A model generated the notes under the pieces. The model saw only the letters and a program-made list of their open reading frames with translations. It did no database searches and was not told the origin of the DNA. Below are positions 23,958 to 37,232 of a stretch of DNA of 64,000 nucleotides, one piece after another; the stretch's first letter is position 1; every line of letters begins with the position of its first letter. Source of the stretch: Malacoraja senta (taxonomy: Eukaryota); NCBI GenBank assembly GCA_038087875.1, contig CM075988.1:18540001-18604000 (forward strand), read 5' to 3'. The position numbers and the translations under genes were made by a program.

Positions 23958-25106
23958 GTGACACTGATTAAGGAATAAGATTAGCCAGAATAAAAAGGAT
24001 AATTCCACTCGAAGCGTAATCTTCACTTACGGTATGGTATGGAGGAACAGATTCCCTACGGTATCTTTGTAACAGTGTAGAATCACACCAACACATGCCC
24101 TTGGGCCCACAATGTCAGTGTTGAACATGATGGCAAGACAATCTAATCTCCTCTGCCTGCACATGATGCATATCCCTCCATTAGCTGCACATCCCAGCAC
24201 CTATCTATAAGCCTCTTAAAATTATATTAAAGCATCTGGGATCCTTTACAACTTTAATCATGCTTTATAAACACCACCCCCCCCCCCTCTAAACCACCAC
24301 CACAATCAGTCTGAAGGATCTCGCATCGAAACATCACCTATCCACGTTCTCAAGAGATGCTGCCTGACACGCTGAGTTACTCCACCACATTGTGTTCTCT
24401 TTTCGCCAATCAGTATTTCTATGCTGTGGCTATAAAGTGCGAGAATTACAAAACTTCCTCCATGTTCTAGCTTGTTAGCTTCTGCAGTCTTTGCTAGCAA
24501 CTTGATTGGGAGTAACTCAAGCAATGCCACGCCAGTACAGAATGTGGACCAGCTCTGTCAGTGGGACAATCAATGCAGGCCTTGAATGTATTAGGAGCTG
24601 CCATAAATGACAACTGCTGATGAAGTTAGTGACTGGAACAGACATGCAGACTGATGAGCCCCCTCCAGCTGTGTAGCAGGGCTCTGGCCGCCAGGTACCC
24701 TGTGGAGAAACTCAATCAAATGGCTTCCCCTGGGAGCAGGACATCTGCCCGTGTCACAGGAGGCACAGCCTCCGATACATCTGCTCGCAACATATTGTAA
24801 ACCAACGTACTCACACCAGCCAACATGACAAGTTACCACTCTAAGCTCCAAGTGACAGGGAAACAATTGTTATACCCATACCATTCTTGTTATCAGGCTT
24901 CTGAACGGACCTTCCATAAACTAGGATACAGCTCTTTTCTCCAAACTACCCCATTGCGGACATTGGACTTCTGCTCTGGAAACGTCTCGCTACAATGCTG
25001 AGAACTATATTCTGCACTCTGTATTTTTCTCTTCATGTTACCTATTGTACCTGAGTTTGGCTTGACTGTATTTGACTGTATTTATAGACGGTATTATCTA
25101 ACTTGA

Positions 25107-25737
25107 TGGTGGCGCAGCAGTAGAGATGCTGTCTAATAGCGCTGTCCCACGGTACGAGTTCATTCCAAGAGCTCTCCCGAGTTTGCCCTGATTCGAACTC
25201 GGAGATTTACGGTAATGTCCACTCGTTGGTACTCGGGGCTCTCGTGGACATTTTTCAACATGTTGAAAAATCTTCATGAATCTTCCCGTGCTTACCTGCC
25301 ATTAGTGAGTCTTCCCGAGTACCTGCCGTTAGCGATACGAGTCACGAAGGGACGTCCCCGAGCTCCGACGTACCCGCTACGTTCATTCTCCGTGCTTACC
25401 ACGAGTTTGATTTTTTTAAAACTCAGGAGAGCTCTTGGAATGAACTCGTACCGTGGGACAGGGCTTTTACAGTGTCAGAGCCCCGGGTTCGATCCTGACT
25501 ATGGGTACTGCCCGTACAGAGTTTGTACGTTCTCCCCGTGACCTGCGTGGGTTTTCTCCAAGAGCTCCGGTTTCCCCCCACACTCCAAAGACGTAAAGGT
25601 TTGTAGGCTAATTGGTTAGGTAAAATTGTAGATTGTTCCTAGTGTGTGTAGGCTGGTGCGCGGGGATCGTAGGTCAGCACGGACTTGGGGGCCGAAGGGC
25701 CTGTTTCCGCAATGTATCTCTAAACTCTAAACTAAAC
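25107..25737 (+). mobile_element. HE1-type V-SINE with a Harbinger MITE in its tRNA-like head
   Basis: Head split at 25136/25467; V-domain and tail follow. Confidence 0.85.
25137..25466. mobile_element. PIF/Harbinger-type MITE, family 3 (uninterrupted, 330 bp)
   Basis: ~48-bp TIRs; flanked by TAA (left) and TTA (right). Confidence 0.9.
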
Positions 25738-26740
25738 TTCGTGCTTCGAACGGCTAGTCATGGGGCACATCAAGAATAGCCTCCCCACCTCACTAGACCC
25801 CCACCAGTTCGCATACCGCCCTAACCGCTCCACAGAAGACGCCATATCTCCTCCACCCTCCACGCAGTCCTCCCCCACGTAGACAACAAAAAAAACCACC
25901 TGCGCTAGAATGCTATTTATTGACTTCAGCTCGGCATTCAACACGATCATCCCTCAGAAGCTGGTGGAGAAGCTCTCCCTGCTCGGCCCCAATACCCCCC
26001 TCTGCAACTAGATCATGGACTTCTTAACACATTGACCACATTCAGTCCGTGTTGGCCAACACCTCAAACACCGTCATCCTGAACTCCGGAGCCCCCCAAG
26101 TCTGTGTGCTTAGTCCACTACTATTCACACTACTTACCCACCACTGTGCCGCCAAACACAACACCAACCAAATAATCAAATTTAATTTGCAGATGACACT
26201 ACAATGGTGGGCCTCATCAGAGGCAACAATGAGACTGCCTACAGAGAGGAAGTGACGCAGCTTGTGAACTGGTGCGAGGACAACAATCTGTCTCTGAACG
26301 TCACCAAGACCAAAGGGATGATTGTAGACTTCAGGAGAACGCAGGCTGCCCCACTCCCCCCTGTACATGAATGGCTCCATCGTGGAGAGGGTGAGCAACA
26401 TCCTCGCTGATGGTCTCACCTGGTCTCTCAACACCACATACCCGGCCGGGAGGGCTCAGCAGAGGCAGTATGTCCTCAGGAGGCTGAAACTAGCGAGGTT
26501 TCCCCCACCCATCCTCTCTATATTCTACAGAGGTACCACAGACCAGCTCTGCATCTCCATCTGGTACGGGAACTGCACCGCATCAGGCAGGAAGACCCCG
26601 CAGCGATTAGTCAGCACAGCGGAGAACATCACCGGGGAGCCGCTCCCATCCATTCTGGACATTTTCAACAAAAGATGCCTCCAAAAAGCCTCCAACATTA
26701 TAAAGGATTCCTCCCACCCCTCCCATGGACACTTCTACAC
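25738..26740 (+). mobile_element. Rex1/Babar LINE RT fragment, degenerate
   Basis: [55 protein letters not shown] motifs across frameshifts. Confidence 0.88.
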
Positions 26741-26897
26741 AAGCAAAGGAAAGGTTTCAGTCTATATTCAGCCTAGCGGGTACAACTCTGGACTCTTTTT
26801 CAGGCGGGTTGTGGTTTTGAGTCCCTCTCCGACAACATACAAGATGGAAACGTTTCCACTGGTGATTCAAGCTTGCAAAGCCACCCTGTCAGTCGGT

Positions 26898-27402
26898 GAT
26901 AGACACAACATGCTGGAGTAACTCAGCGGGTCAGGCAGCATCTGTGGAGAGAAGGAATAGGTGACATCTCGGATCGAAGCCCTTCTTCAGACTGAGAGTC
27001 AGGGGGGGAGGCAAATTAGAGGTATGATAAGGTTCAGAACATATCAGAGCCGGCACTGATGGCCAAGGAAAGATGGAGCCCACAATGGTCCATTGTTGGC
27101 TGTGGAAGAGGTGATAATGAAGGGATACATGGATACGAACAGCGGAACTGGCAGGACGACCAGGGTGGGGTAGGGTTGGACTGTTGGCAGATCAAGTTCC
27201 CTCCTGGGATAAATAAAGTTGTATCGTATCATATTGTATCATAACGTTTCCCTTTCCCCTGACTCTCAGCCTGAAGAAGGGTGTCGACCCAAAACGTCAC
27301 CTATTCCTTTTCTCCAAAGATGCTGCCTGAGACGCTGAGTTACTCCAGCTTTTTGTGTCCATCTTCGGTTTAAACCAGCACCTGCAGTTCCCATCCTACA
27401 CG
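26898..27402. mobile_element. Penelope-derived element with inverted termini and a longer internal part
   Basis: Inverted PLE units at 26898-27000 and 27250-27402, the latter with CTGAAGAAGGGTGTCGACCCAAAACGTC. Confidence 0.75.
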
Positions 27403-27919
27403 AAGTATCGCGGTACAATAATATACCAATGCCGATGCCAATGAAAGGAGCATAATAAGAAATAGAGGCAGGAATCAGCTCTACAGTCCCATGTGCCAGC
27501 TCCAACACTAAATAACACCATTCACTTAGGCACCTATTCTTGCACGAACCCCTTGTCCCTTAATATCTAAAGACTTATCCATATCAGGAAGTCTATCTTG
27601 TATCATCATACAACTGCCTTTGTAAGTTAATCTTCAGGCTCCAGAAGAGTCTTTGTGAGGTGGCATTCAATGCTATTGAATTGGCCATTATGGAAAACAA
27701 TGGACTTCTTTGTCTATTGCTGTCAAAGATAATTGAGCAACATCTGAAATGGTCAGTCACACTACCATTCAATGCACATGGAGCGCAGAAAAGGTATTCC
27801 TCACTGGAAGAACTGCTTCTTTATTCCAAAGGTCTTTTGTGAAAGTGAAAAGGGCATTCATTTATTAAGGTTGCATATTAGCTCGCCAAAACACTGTAGA
27901 AAAGAGGCATAATTTGGAA

Positions 27920-28098
27920 AGAGACACAAAATGCTGGAGTAACTCAACGGGACAGGTAGCATCTCTGGAGAGAAGGAATGGGTGATGCTTCGGGTCGAGA
28001 CCTTTCTTCAGACTGGTGCTGCCTGTCCCGCTGAGTTACTCCAGCGTTTTGTGTCTATCTTCGGTTTAAACCAGCATCTGCAGTTCCTTCCTACACAC
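27920..28098. mobile_element. Palindromic Penelope-derived element
   Basis: Inverted arms of the PLE unit. Confidence 0.78.
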
Positions 28099-28735
28099 AC
28101 CATTTGGAAATAATGAATAATGGGTGACCATCCAGTGGGAGTTACAGGACACCATTTAACTATTAGTTGTAGGAATGATAGAGGCTGGATGATATCTTGT
28201 TTGTGGACATCTAAACAAGGTACCTTAAATAAGGATGGGAAGGCTGCTCCAAAAAGATACAAATGGGTTAATTTAACTCCCCCTGCTTTTTTTTCCTCAA
28301 GTGCTAAGAGACTTTAGTGTTGTTGTGGCATAAACTGTGAAGTGCAATTAGGGTCCAAATTATTATCTGCAGGAGGTTTGGGAACTGCATAGTCTGGAAG
28401 TGTCACACTCAATGAAGTGTAACTTTTCAAGGTTTGCTCTCGGGGTGCAGGTGATTTTGTCCAGGCGTCCGTCCTAGGCAATCTTGCGGCTCCCTGTGAA
28501 AATAATGCGGGCTCTTTACCTCAATGGTGATTGTTTTCACAACTGACTGCCTTTCCCCATCAAGTGTCAGCGGGGTGAGTGTGAAAGTGGCGTCACGTGA
28601 AGGCGGGCGGCTTTCTCTGAAGGGCTGCGGTGGGGGTGCAGTTATCTGTCCTTGGACGTTGAGGTCAATGGAGTCGAAAAGTTGGGAGCACAACAGTACG
28701 TTTTCGGGGTGAATGAATAAATAGACGAATGTGAG

Positions 28736-29340
28736 GTGTAGGAAGGAACTGCAGACGCTGGTTTAAACCGAAGACCGACACAAAATGATTGAGTAACCCA
28801 GCGGGACAGGCAGCATCTCTGGAGAGAAGGAATGGGTGACGTTTCGGGTCGAGACCCTTCTACAGACTAATCAAAATGATGTTGCATTTTGGGGAAGGTT
28901 AACATGGGCAGGACCTACACTGTGAATGGTAGGGCTCTGGGGAGTGTTGTGGAGCAGAGGGATCTAGGAGTGCAGGTGCATGGTAATTTGAAGGTCGGGC
29001 CGCAGATAGGTGGTCATAAAGGCTTTTGGTACATTGGCCTTCATCAGTCAGAGTATAGAAGGGCCTTGATCCGAAACGTCACCAATTCCTTCTCTCCAGA
29101 GGTGCTGCCTGTCCCGTTGAGTTACTCCAGCTTTTTGGATCTACCTTCAATATTCATAAAGTTGGGATGTAAGCTGCCCAAGCAAAATATGAGGCGCTGC
29201 TCATCCAATTTGCATTTGGCCTCACTCTGACAAACACTAACTTCTGCTGAAGTAAAAGGGTCCTAACCCAAAATGTCGTCTGCCCATTCCCTCCACCGAT
29301 GATCAGCTGAGTTCCTCCAACACCTAGTTTTCTGCTAAAG
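28736..29340. mobile_element. PLE fragments, including a GIY-YIG C-terminal remnant (29155-29232, -), with a CR1 RT fragment (28880-29057)
   Basis: Minus strand reads QSEAKCKLDEQRLIFCLGSLHP, resembling the PLE endonuclease C-terminus; the CR1 piece reads RTYTVNGRALGSVVEQRDLGVQVH. Confidence 0.7.
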
Positions 29341-29869
29341 TATAAATGTTGTTTGCTTCCTCCCAGCAGCCTGGATGACCTGAAAAATCAAATTAAATAA
29401 AATACTTCTGTCCTTCCTGGGATTTTCAGTTCAAATCTGTCTCCAAGTCCGTTCGTATTATTGCAATTTCTCCAATTGCTCTGGATAGCTACAATTCCTC
29501 ATTCTGTCCTGGACATTTAATTAAAATCATAATTAAAGTTGATCTTGGCATTATCTTGCACCTGCTACGATATTTTAACAAACAAATGTTAAATTACACA
29601 CCATCATCGTTTTTGTACATCAATGTGGCTTTTGGTTCCTAATTAATTTTTCCTTAGCATCTGTAGTTTAGCATTCCGCGTAAGCAGTTAATGCATCCAC
29701 TGGCATGCAGGTGAATGTCAGATGGTGGAAATAATAGATGGGGATAAAAATACACAATCTCCAAATGCTAAAGGTCTTACCATTAACCTCACTTGTCACA
29801 CACAAGATGAGCACTAACCTATTCATCAAGCCTGTAGTCAAGGTAAGGATGTGGCTGAGCAAATTAGAC

Positions 29870-30700
29870 TTGTAGAGTTGTACGGAAATCGGTCCTTCCG
29901 CCCACTTTGTCCATGCCGACCAGAGCATATTGAGCTAGTTCCATTTGGCCCATAGCCCTCTAAAATCCTTCCTATCCAATTGTATTTTCAAAGTCACAAT
30001 TGCATCCACTTCGATAGCTTCCTCTGGCAGCTCATTCCACATACAGACTAGCGTCTGATAAAAAAGTTGCCACTCAGGTCCCTCTTAAATCTCTCCCCTC
30101 TCACCTTAAGCCTATGCCCTCTAGTTGTAGAATCCTCTACCCTGGGAAAAAGACCGGGAGCGTTCACTTTATCCGTGCCCCTCTTGATCTTGTACACCTC
30201 AGTAAGTTCACCCCTCAGCATCATACGCTCCAATGAAAGATGTACTAGCCTAGTGACCCTCCACTTATAACTCAAGCCCAGGTAACATCCTGGTGAATCT
30301 TTTCTGCCCCCTTTTCAACTTAATGACTTCCTTCCTGTAACTGGGCCACATGGTACTCCACATGGGGTCTCGCCAATGACTTTTACACCCCTACCATGAT
30401 GTGGCAGCTTTTGTACTCAGTGAGGCAGGTACATGGATAGGACAAGTTTGGAGGGATATGGACCAAGCACAGGCAGTTGGGACTAGTGTAACTGGGACAT
30501 GTTGGGCAAGTTGGGCCTAAGGGCCTGTTTCCACACTGTATCACTATGACTCCATGACTATGACTCTACCCTTCCCATTGAATGTAAGCGTGCCAAACAC
30601 ATTCCTCACTACACTTTCCATCTGACTCACCGCTTCAAGGGATCTGCGCACCTGTACTCCCAGAGCTCTCTGTTCTGCAACACTCCCCAGGGCAATTTAC
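29870..30700 (-). mobile_element. Old CR1 3' fragment (with a + strand CR1 tail at ~30425-30565)
   Basis: SLERMMLRGELTEVYKIKRGTDKV...TRGHRLKVRGERFK. Confidence 0.78.
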
Positions 30701-31007
30701 TGTCAAATAGTTTCACCAGTGCTGGAGTCAAGGTAAAGATATGACTGGGCAAATGATTCCCTGAAGGCACAAATAGACGCTGACGTATACAGTCCATAGA
30801 ATTCACCGGCACATCAGAAAAAGAAGTGTCTTTTTTAAAGTTTGCATTGGGTTTATGAACATTGAATGTTCTTCTAAGATAATAGGAATTGTATTGGTGC
30901 CCAGTATAGGTGGAGAGTGGTGTGGATCAGGTTTAGATTCGGTGCTTGCCCCCTTGACTGGTAGCACTCAACTTAGTGATTTCCAACGGGGAATTCAAAC
31001 AGGTTGA

Positions 31008-31870
31008 ATTTTAGTTTAGTTCAGAGACATAGCGCGGAAACTGGTCCTACAGCCCACCGAGTCTGCGTCGACCAGCAATCCCCACACACTAACACTAGCC
31101 TACACATGCTAGGGACAATTAAAGGGCCTGTCTCACTTGGGCGACCTAATCCGCGAGTTCTGGCGAGTTTGCCCTCGACTCATACTCGCAGCATGGTCGA
31201 CACGAGGTCGTAGGAGGTCTTCGTAACTCTCCTTCATGCTCGAGAGTGGTCACCGCGTACTCGAGGCCTCAGCGGTTTTTTCAATATGTTAAAAAATGCC
31301 CGCGAGTGAAAAAAGGTCGCCATGGGAAAAAATCGATACTTTTTTTACTCGTAGGTTTAGTCATAGTAGGTCGTAGTAGGTCGGTATGTTAGTCGTCGGT
31401 AATCGAGGGTAGTCGAAGGCAGTCGAAGGTAGTCGTAGATAGTCTTCATCATAGTCGAAGGGAGGTCGAAGAGAGGTCGAAGGAGATCGAAGGAGGTCGT
31501 CTTCACTCTCCACTATTCGGTGTCCAATTTTCCCGAAGTTAGTCGTAGCTAGTCGAAGCTGGTCTTCAACATAGTCGAAGGAGGTCGAAGGAGGTCTTTT
31601 ACATGGTCGAAGGAGGTCTTCAACATGTCATTTTTTCAAACTCTTCTGAACTCGCCAATTAGGTCGCCCAAGTGGGACAGCCCCTTTACAATGCTACTGA
31701 AGCCAATTAACCTACAAACCTGTAGGTCTTTGGAGTGTGGGAAGAAACTGGATCTCCCGGAAAACCCCCACACAGGTAACGGGGAGAATGTAAAACTCCG
31801 TACAGATAGCACCCGTGTTCAGGATCGACCCCGGGTCTCTGGCGTTGTGAGGCAGCAACTCTACTGCTGA
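31008..31870 (-). mobile_element. HE1-type V-SINE interrupted by a Harbinger MITE
   Basis: Consensus gggacaaTTTAca is split at 31122/31686. Confidence 0.85.
31123..31685. mobile_element. PIF/Harbinger-type MITE, family 1 (inverted relative to 885-1456)
   Basis: TIRs AGGGCCTGTCTCACTTGGGCGACCTAAT / ATTAGGTCGCCCAAGTGGGACAGCCCCT; flanks TAA and TTA. Confidence 0.9.
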
Positions 31871-31964
31871 GTCATCATTCCCCCCTGCCTATGTTAAGCA
31901 AACAGAAAATAAAATTGATGTTGATTTCTGCTGAATGGTTTCTGAAAAACCCCACAAAACAATT

Positions 31965-32180
31965 CAAAAATAAAGTGCTAGAAGAACTCAGTGGGTCAGG
32001 CAGCATCTGTGGAGAGAATGAACAGACGATGTTTTGGCTTTGTAGAAGGGTCTGTCTTTGTAGAAGGGACAGAAATGTTGTCTGTCCGTTCCCTCCACAG
32101 ATGCTGCTTGACCTGCTGAGTTCCTCCAGCACTTTGTGTTTTGCTCATGATTCCAGCATCTGCAGTTCCTTGTGTCTCTA
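31965..32180. mobile_element. Older palindromic PLE-derived element
   Basis: Inverted arms aaagtgctagaagaactcag / ctgagttcctccagcacttt. Confidence 0.7.
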
Positions 32181-32191
32181 CAAACAATTCA

Positions 32192-32465
32192 GGGGCGGCA
32201 CAGTGGCACAGTGGTAGAGTTGCTGCCTTATAGCACCAGAGACTCGGGTTCGATCCTGACCACGGGTGCTGTCTGTACGGAGTTTTACATTCTCCCGTGA
32301 CCTGCGTGGGTTTTTTTCAGGGATCTCCAGTTTCCTCCAACACTTCAAAGACCTACAGGTGTCTGGGTTAATTGGCTTTGGTAACATTGTGCATTGTCCC
32401 TAGCATGTGTAGGATAGGGTTAGTGGGTGGGGATCGCTGGTCAATGGATCTGTTCTTTAAAACTA
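32192..32465 (+). mobile_element. HE1-type V-SINE
   Basis: Complete tRNA-like head and V-domain. Confidence 0.85.
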
Positions 32466-32923
32466 AATTAAAATTCAACCTGAATTGAAATGTCTGATTG
32501 GCAACTTTTCTGGAGCATGTTACAACTAGAGTCCTCAATGGAAACCTATCTGGAATCCATTTAAAATGTCTAAACATTAAAAAAAAAACGACCTCTTTGT
32601 TCTTTATTATTTCTCGCATCTGTTATCCTCGCCCTTTGGTTAGCGTACCCACTTCAGCACATTTCCATTGATTGCATAATTGCATGCGTCATAATTAATG
32701 GTTTGGATCTCTTTGTTCTTTACAAGTTGGATGAAAATAGAAGTGACTTTGGCAATAAATATCAATAAAACAACGTGGGACTGGCAGCAGAGAAGGCTGT
32801 CTGGTGTAGCAAACGGCAAACGTCAGACCAGACCAGAGACAAGGTGATCAGATGAGGTGAGTGAGTAAATGTCCAGGGTGAAGTCAATAAATCCAGACTA
32901 TTTCAATCCACGAGTGTGCCACT

Positions 32924-33246
32924 GTTTAGTTTAGTTTAGTTTAGAGATACAGCGCGGAAACAGGCCCTTCGACCCACCGAGTCTGCGCCGACCAGCCGTC
33001 CCCGCACATTAACACTATCCCACACACACACTAGGGACAATTTACAAATTATACCAATCCAATTAACCTACAAACCAGCGCGTCTTTGGAGTGGGGAAGG
33101 AAACCAAAGATTTTGGAGAAAACCCAAGCGGTCACAGGGAGAACGTACAAACTCCATACAGGCTGCACCCGGTTGGGATTGAACCCGAGTCTCCGACGCT
33201 CTAAGTGCTGTAAGGCAGCAACTCTACTGCTGCGCCACCGTGCCGG
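32924..33246 (-). mobile_element. HE1-type V-SINE, full length
   Basis: Head, V-domain, CR1-like tail and (CTAAA)n. Confidence 0.88.
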
Positions 33247-33810
33247 CCCAAATCATACTGACTGAAGGTTCATTTACCATCAGGCATGCTTCAAAGCAGG
33301 GGGACAACATATTGAGGAGCTCTTTAACAGAAGAAGAGTTATCCTATGTTACCTGATGATAGAGTCCCTGACCTGCCTAACACAGGGTAATATATGCAAC
33401 AAGAATTGTACAGATGCATATGCGACAAATAAGGCACTATTGACACAAAATGCTGGAGTAACTCAGTGGGACAGGCAGCTTCACTGGAGAGAAGGAATGA
33501 ATGCGTGACGTTTGGGATCGAGGCCCTTCTTCAGACTGACTTCAGAAAGCATTATTGATTATTGATATGGAGCTTGTTACCTCCGCTGCCTGATGTCAAC
33601 AGTGACATTTGCCAACAATACTCACAGAAGCTTCTGCAGGAGACAGAATGACAACTCAATGAGATTTGTTGCCTGTGTTGACCAGGATGGAAGGCCAGAA
33701 GAGGTTCACTAGAGTGGGAGAACAGTACTCAGTGCATCATGCCTCTGACACCAAGGTAGCATTAGATGAGGTGTGGCTTCAAGGAGCCGGTGTGTTCTTC
33801 AGGTTGAGGT

Positions 33811-35893
33811 TATTTTAGTTTAGACACAGCATGGAAACAGGCCCTTCGGTCCTCTGAGTCAGAGTGGACAGCTATCTGCAGAGCCAAAAGAGAAGGGGAG
33901 ATATTGAACAATTTCTTTTCTTCGGTATTCACGAAGGAGAAGGATATGGAATTATGTGAGGTAAGGGAAACGAGCAGAGTAGCAATGGAAACTGTGAGAT
34001 TCAAAGAAGAGGAGGTGCGGACACTTTTGAAAAATATGAAAACGGATAAGTCTCCAGGTCCTGACAGGATATTCCCTAGGACATTGAGGGAAGTTAGTGT
34101 AGAAATAGCAGGGGCTATGACATAAATATTTCAAATGTCATTAGAAACGGGAATAGTGCCGGAGGATTGGCGTACTGCGCATGTTGTTCCATTGTTTAAA
34201 AAGGGTTCGAAGAGTAAACCTAGCAATTATAGACCTGTTAGTTTGACGTCAGTGGTGGGCAAATTAATGGAAAGGATACTTAAAGATAATATATATAAGC
34301 ATCTGGATAAGCAGGGTCTGATTAGGAACAGTCAACATGGATTTGTGCCTGGAAGGTCATGCTTGACTAATCTTCTTGAATTTTTCGAAGAGGTTACTAG
34401 GGAAATTGATGAGGGTAAACCAGTGGATGTTGTCTATATGGACTTCAGTAAGGCCTTTGACAAGGTTCCTCATGGAAGGTTGGTTAAGAAGATTCAATTG
34501 TTGGGTATTAATGGTGGAGTAGCAAGATGGATTCAACAGTGGCTGAATGGGAGATGCCAGAGAGTAATGGTGGATGGCTGTTTGTCAGGTTGGAGGCTGG
34601 TGACTAGTGGGGTGCCTCAGGGGTCTGTGTTGGGTCCACTGTTGTTTGTCATGTACATCAATGATCTGGATGAAGGTGTGGAAAATTGGATTAGTAAGTA
34701 TGCAGATGATACTAAGATAGGTAGTGTTGTGGATAATGAAGTAGATTTTCAAAGTCTACAGAGAGATTTAGGCCATTTGGAAGAGTGGGCTGAAAGATGG
34801 CAGATGGAGTTTAATGCTGATAAATGTGAGGTGCTACATCTCGGCAGGACAAATCAAAATAGGACGTACACGGTAAATGGTAGCGAATTGAGGAATGCAG
34901 TTGAACACAGAGGGATCTAGGAATAACTGTGCATAGTTCCCTGAAGGTGGAATCTCATGTAGATAGGGTGGTAAAGAAAGCTTTTGGTGTGCTGGCCTTT
35001 ATAAATCAGAGCATTGAATATAGAAGTTGGGATGTAATGTTAAAATTGTACAAGGCATTGGTGAGGCCAATTCTGGAGTATGGAGTACAATTTTGGTCGC
35101 CTAATTATAGGAAGGATGTCAACAAAATAGAGAGAGTACAGAGGAGATTTACTAGAATGTTGCCTGGGTTTCAGCAACTAAGTTACAGAGAAAGGTTGAA
35201 CAAGTTAGGTCTTTATTCTTTGGAGCGCAGAAGGTTAAGAGGGGACTTGATAGAGGTCTTTAAAATTATGAGCGGGTTAGACAGAGTGGACGTGGATAAG
35301 CTTTTCCCATTGAGAGTAGGGAAGATTCAAACAAGGGGACATGACTTGAGAATTAAGGGACAGAAGTTTAGGGGGAACATTAGGGGGAACTTCTTTACTC
35401 AGAGAGTGGTAGCTGTGTGGAATGAGCTTCCAGTGGAAGTGGTGGAGGCAGGTTCGATGTTATCCTTTAAAAATAGATTGGATGGGTATATGGACGGGAA
35501 AGGAATGGAGGGTTATGGTCTGAGTGCAGGTAGATGGGACTAGGGGGAAGTATTTCTTTTTAATTTAAAAAAAAAAAATTGTTTTTAAATGTTCGGCACG
35601 GACTTGAAGGGCCGAGATGGCCTGTTTCCGTGCTGTTATGGTTATACATGAGTCCATGACGAGTCCAGCGATCACCTGAACACTAGTTCTATCCGATACA
35701 CTTTACAGAAGCCAATTAACCTACACACTTGTACGTCTTTGGAGTGTGGGAGGAAACCAGAGTACCCAGAGAAAGCCCACGTGGTCACAGTGAGAACGTA
35801 TAAACTCCGTACAGATAGCGCCCATAGTCAGGATCAAACCCGGGTCTCTGGCGCTGTAGGGCAGCAACTCTACTGCTGTGCCACTGTGCCGCC
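33811..35893 (-). mobile_element. HE1-type V-SINE split by a CR1 insertion (33811-33860 and 35649-35893)
   Basis: The SINE tail and body rejoin across TSD TGAGTC. Confidence 0.8.
33861..35648 (+). mobile_element. CR1 LINE family B, 5'-truncated, with a nonsense change and a frameshift
   Basis: TSD TGAGTC (33855-33860, 35649-35654); nearly identical to the reverse complement of 40334-42135; TAA at ~34123 and a 2-nt insertion at ~34908. Confidence 0.95.
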
Positions 35894-35894
35894 G

Positions 35895-36330
35895 TACATG
35901 TGCTGAGGTACAGTGAAAAGCTTTGTTTTACATGCTATCCCAAACAGATGACACTATACTACACATAAATACAAGTACAATGGTACAGCAAAGGGGAAGG
36001 TACAGAGTGCAACATATATTCTCAGCATTGTAGCGCATCAGTTCCACAGACTAAGTCCAATGTCTGCAATGGGGCGGAGGTGAATCGGACAGTACTCTGC
36101 CTATGGAAGGGCCGTGCAGAAGCCTAATAACAGAGGGGAAGAAGCTGTTCCTGAATTTGGTGGTGCGCACTTTCAAGCTTCTGTGCCTTCTGCCCGATGG
36201 GAGCAGGGAGAAGAATGAATGACTGGGGTGGGACGTCTTCGATGACGTTGGCTGCTTTTCCGAGGCAGAGTGAAGTGCAGGTGGAGTCAATGGTGGGAAG
36301 TCTGGTCTGTGCGATGGACTGGGCTACAAA
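35895..36330 (-). mobile_element. Rex1/Babar 3' fragment
   Basis: HPSHSFFSLLPSGRRHRSLKVRTTKFRNSFFPSVIRLL. Confidence 0.82.
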
Positions 36331-36929
36331 TATTTTACTGTTTGGGATGAACGGTGGGGAGAATGTGAGTGTCTGTGAATCAATGCCTCAGCGGCATTTG
36401 TTCTTCTCAGGTTTTACACAACTCAGGAATTATTGATAATCTGGAGATGTCTTCTCTCTTCAACCTCCACCTCTCCCCAGTCACCTTCCAACAGAGCAGC
36501 CAGTCACCCTGTGATTTTTAGATGGACAAAACGACCACAGCTTCTTACAAGAAGCCAGCCATTCAGTTCATTCACTTAACCGTTGACCCGAACAGACAAC
36601 ACACAACAATCAAAACTGATTACTTTCATCCATACACAGATGGCTCACCGCTCTTAATAATGTATACATAGTTCAGCTTAAATAACAAGCTCTAAACAAT
36701 AAAGAAGACAAAGACATCTCTTTTACTTGACAATTCGTCAATGATTAGAAGACTACAAGGCTTCTCAAAGCCCCCAGAGAAAGGTCTAGTTAGAGGCAGC
36801 TCCATAAACAAACCTAATTGAAAGAGAATCTTCCCAGCCACATTAAACTTCAATATCCTCAATACAATATTCAAGCTTTAATGTTGCCACATCAAAACTG
36901 GACCAGACAGTCTTCATGACATGTATTTA

Positions 36930-37232
36930 CTTTAGTTTGGCTTAGAGTTACAGCATAGAAACAGACCCTTCCGCCCCACCGAATCCACACCGACCAACGA
37001 TCACACGTTCTCACTAGTTCTATCCTACACACTGGTGACAATTTACAGAAGCCAATTACGCTACAAACCTGTGCATCTTTGGCAAATGGGAGGAAGCCAG
37101 AGCACCCGGAGAAAACCTACGCGTGACAGGGAGAACATGCAAACTCCATACTGACAGTATCTGTAGTCAGGATCGAACCCGCGTCTCTGGCGCTGCAAGG
37201 CAGCAACTCTACCGCTGTGCCATTGTGCCGCC
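36930..37232 (-). mobile_element. HE1-type V-SINE
   Basis: Homology to the other copies. Confidence 0.83.
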
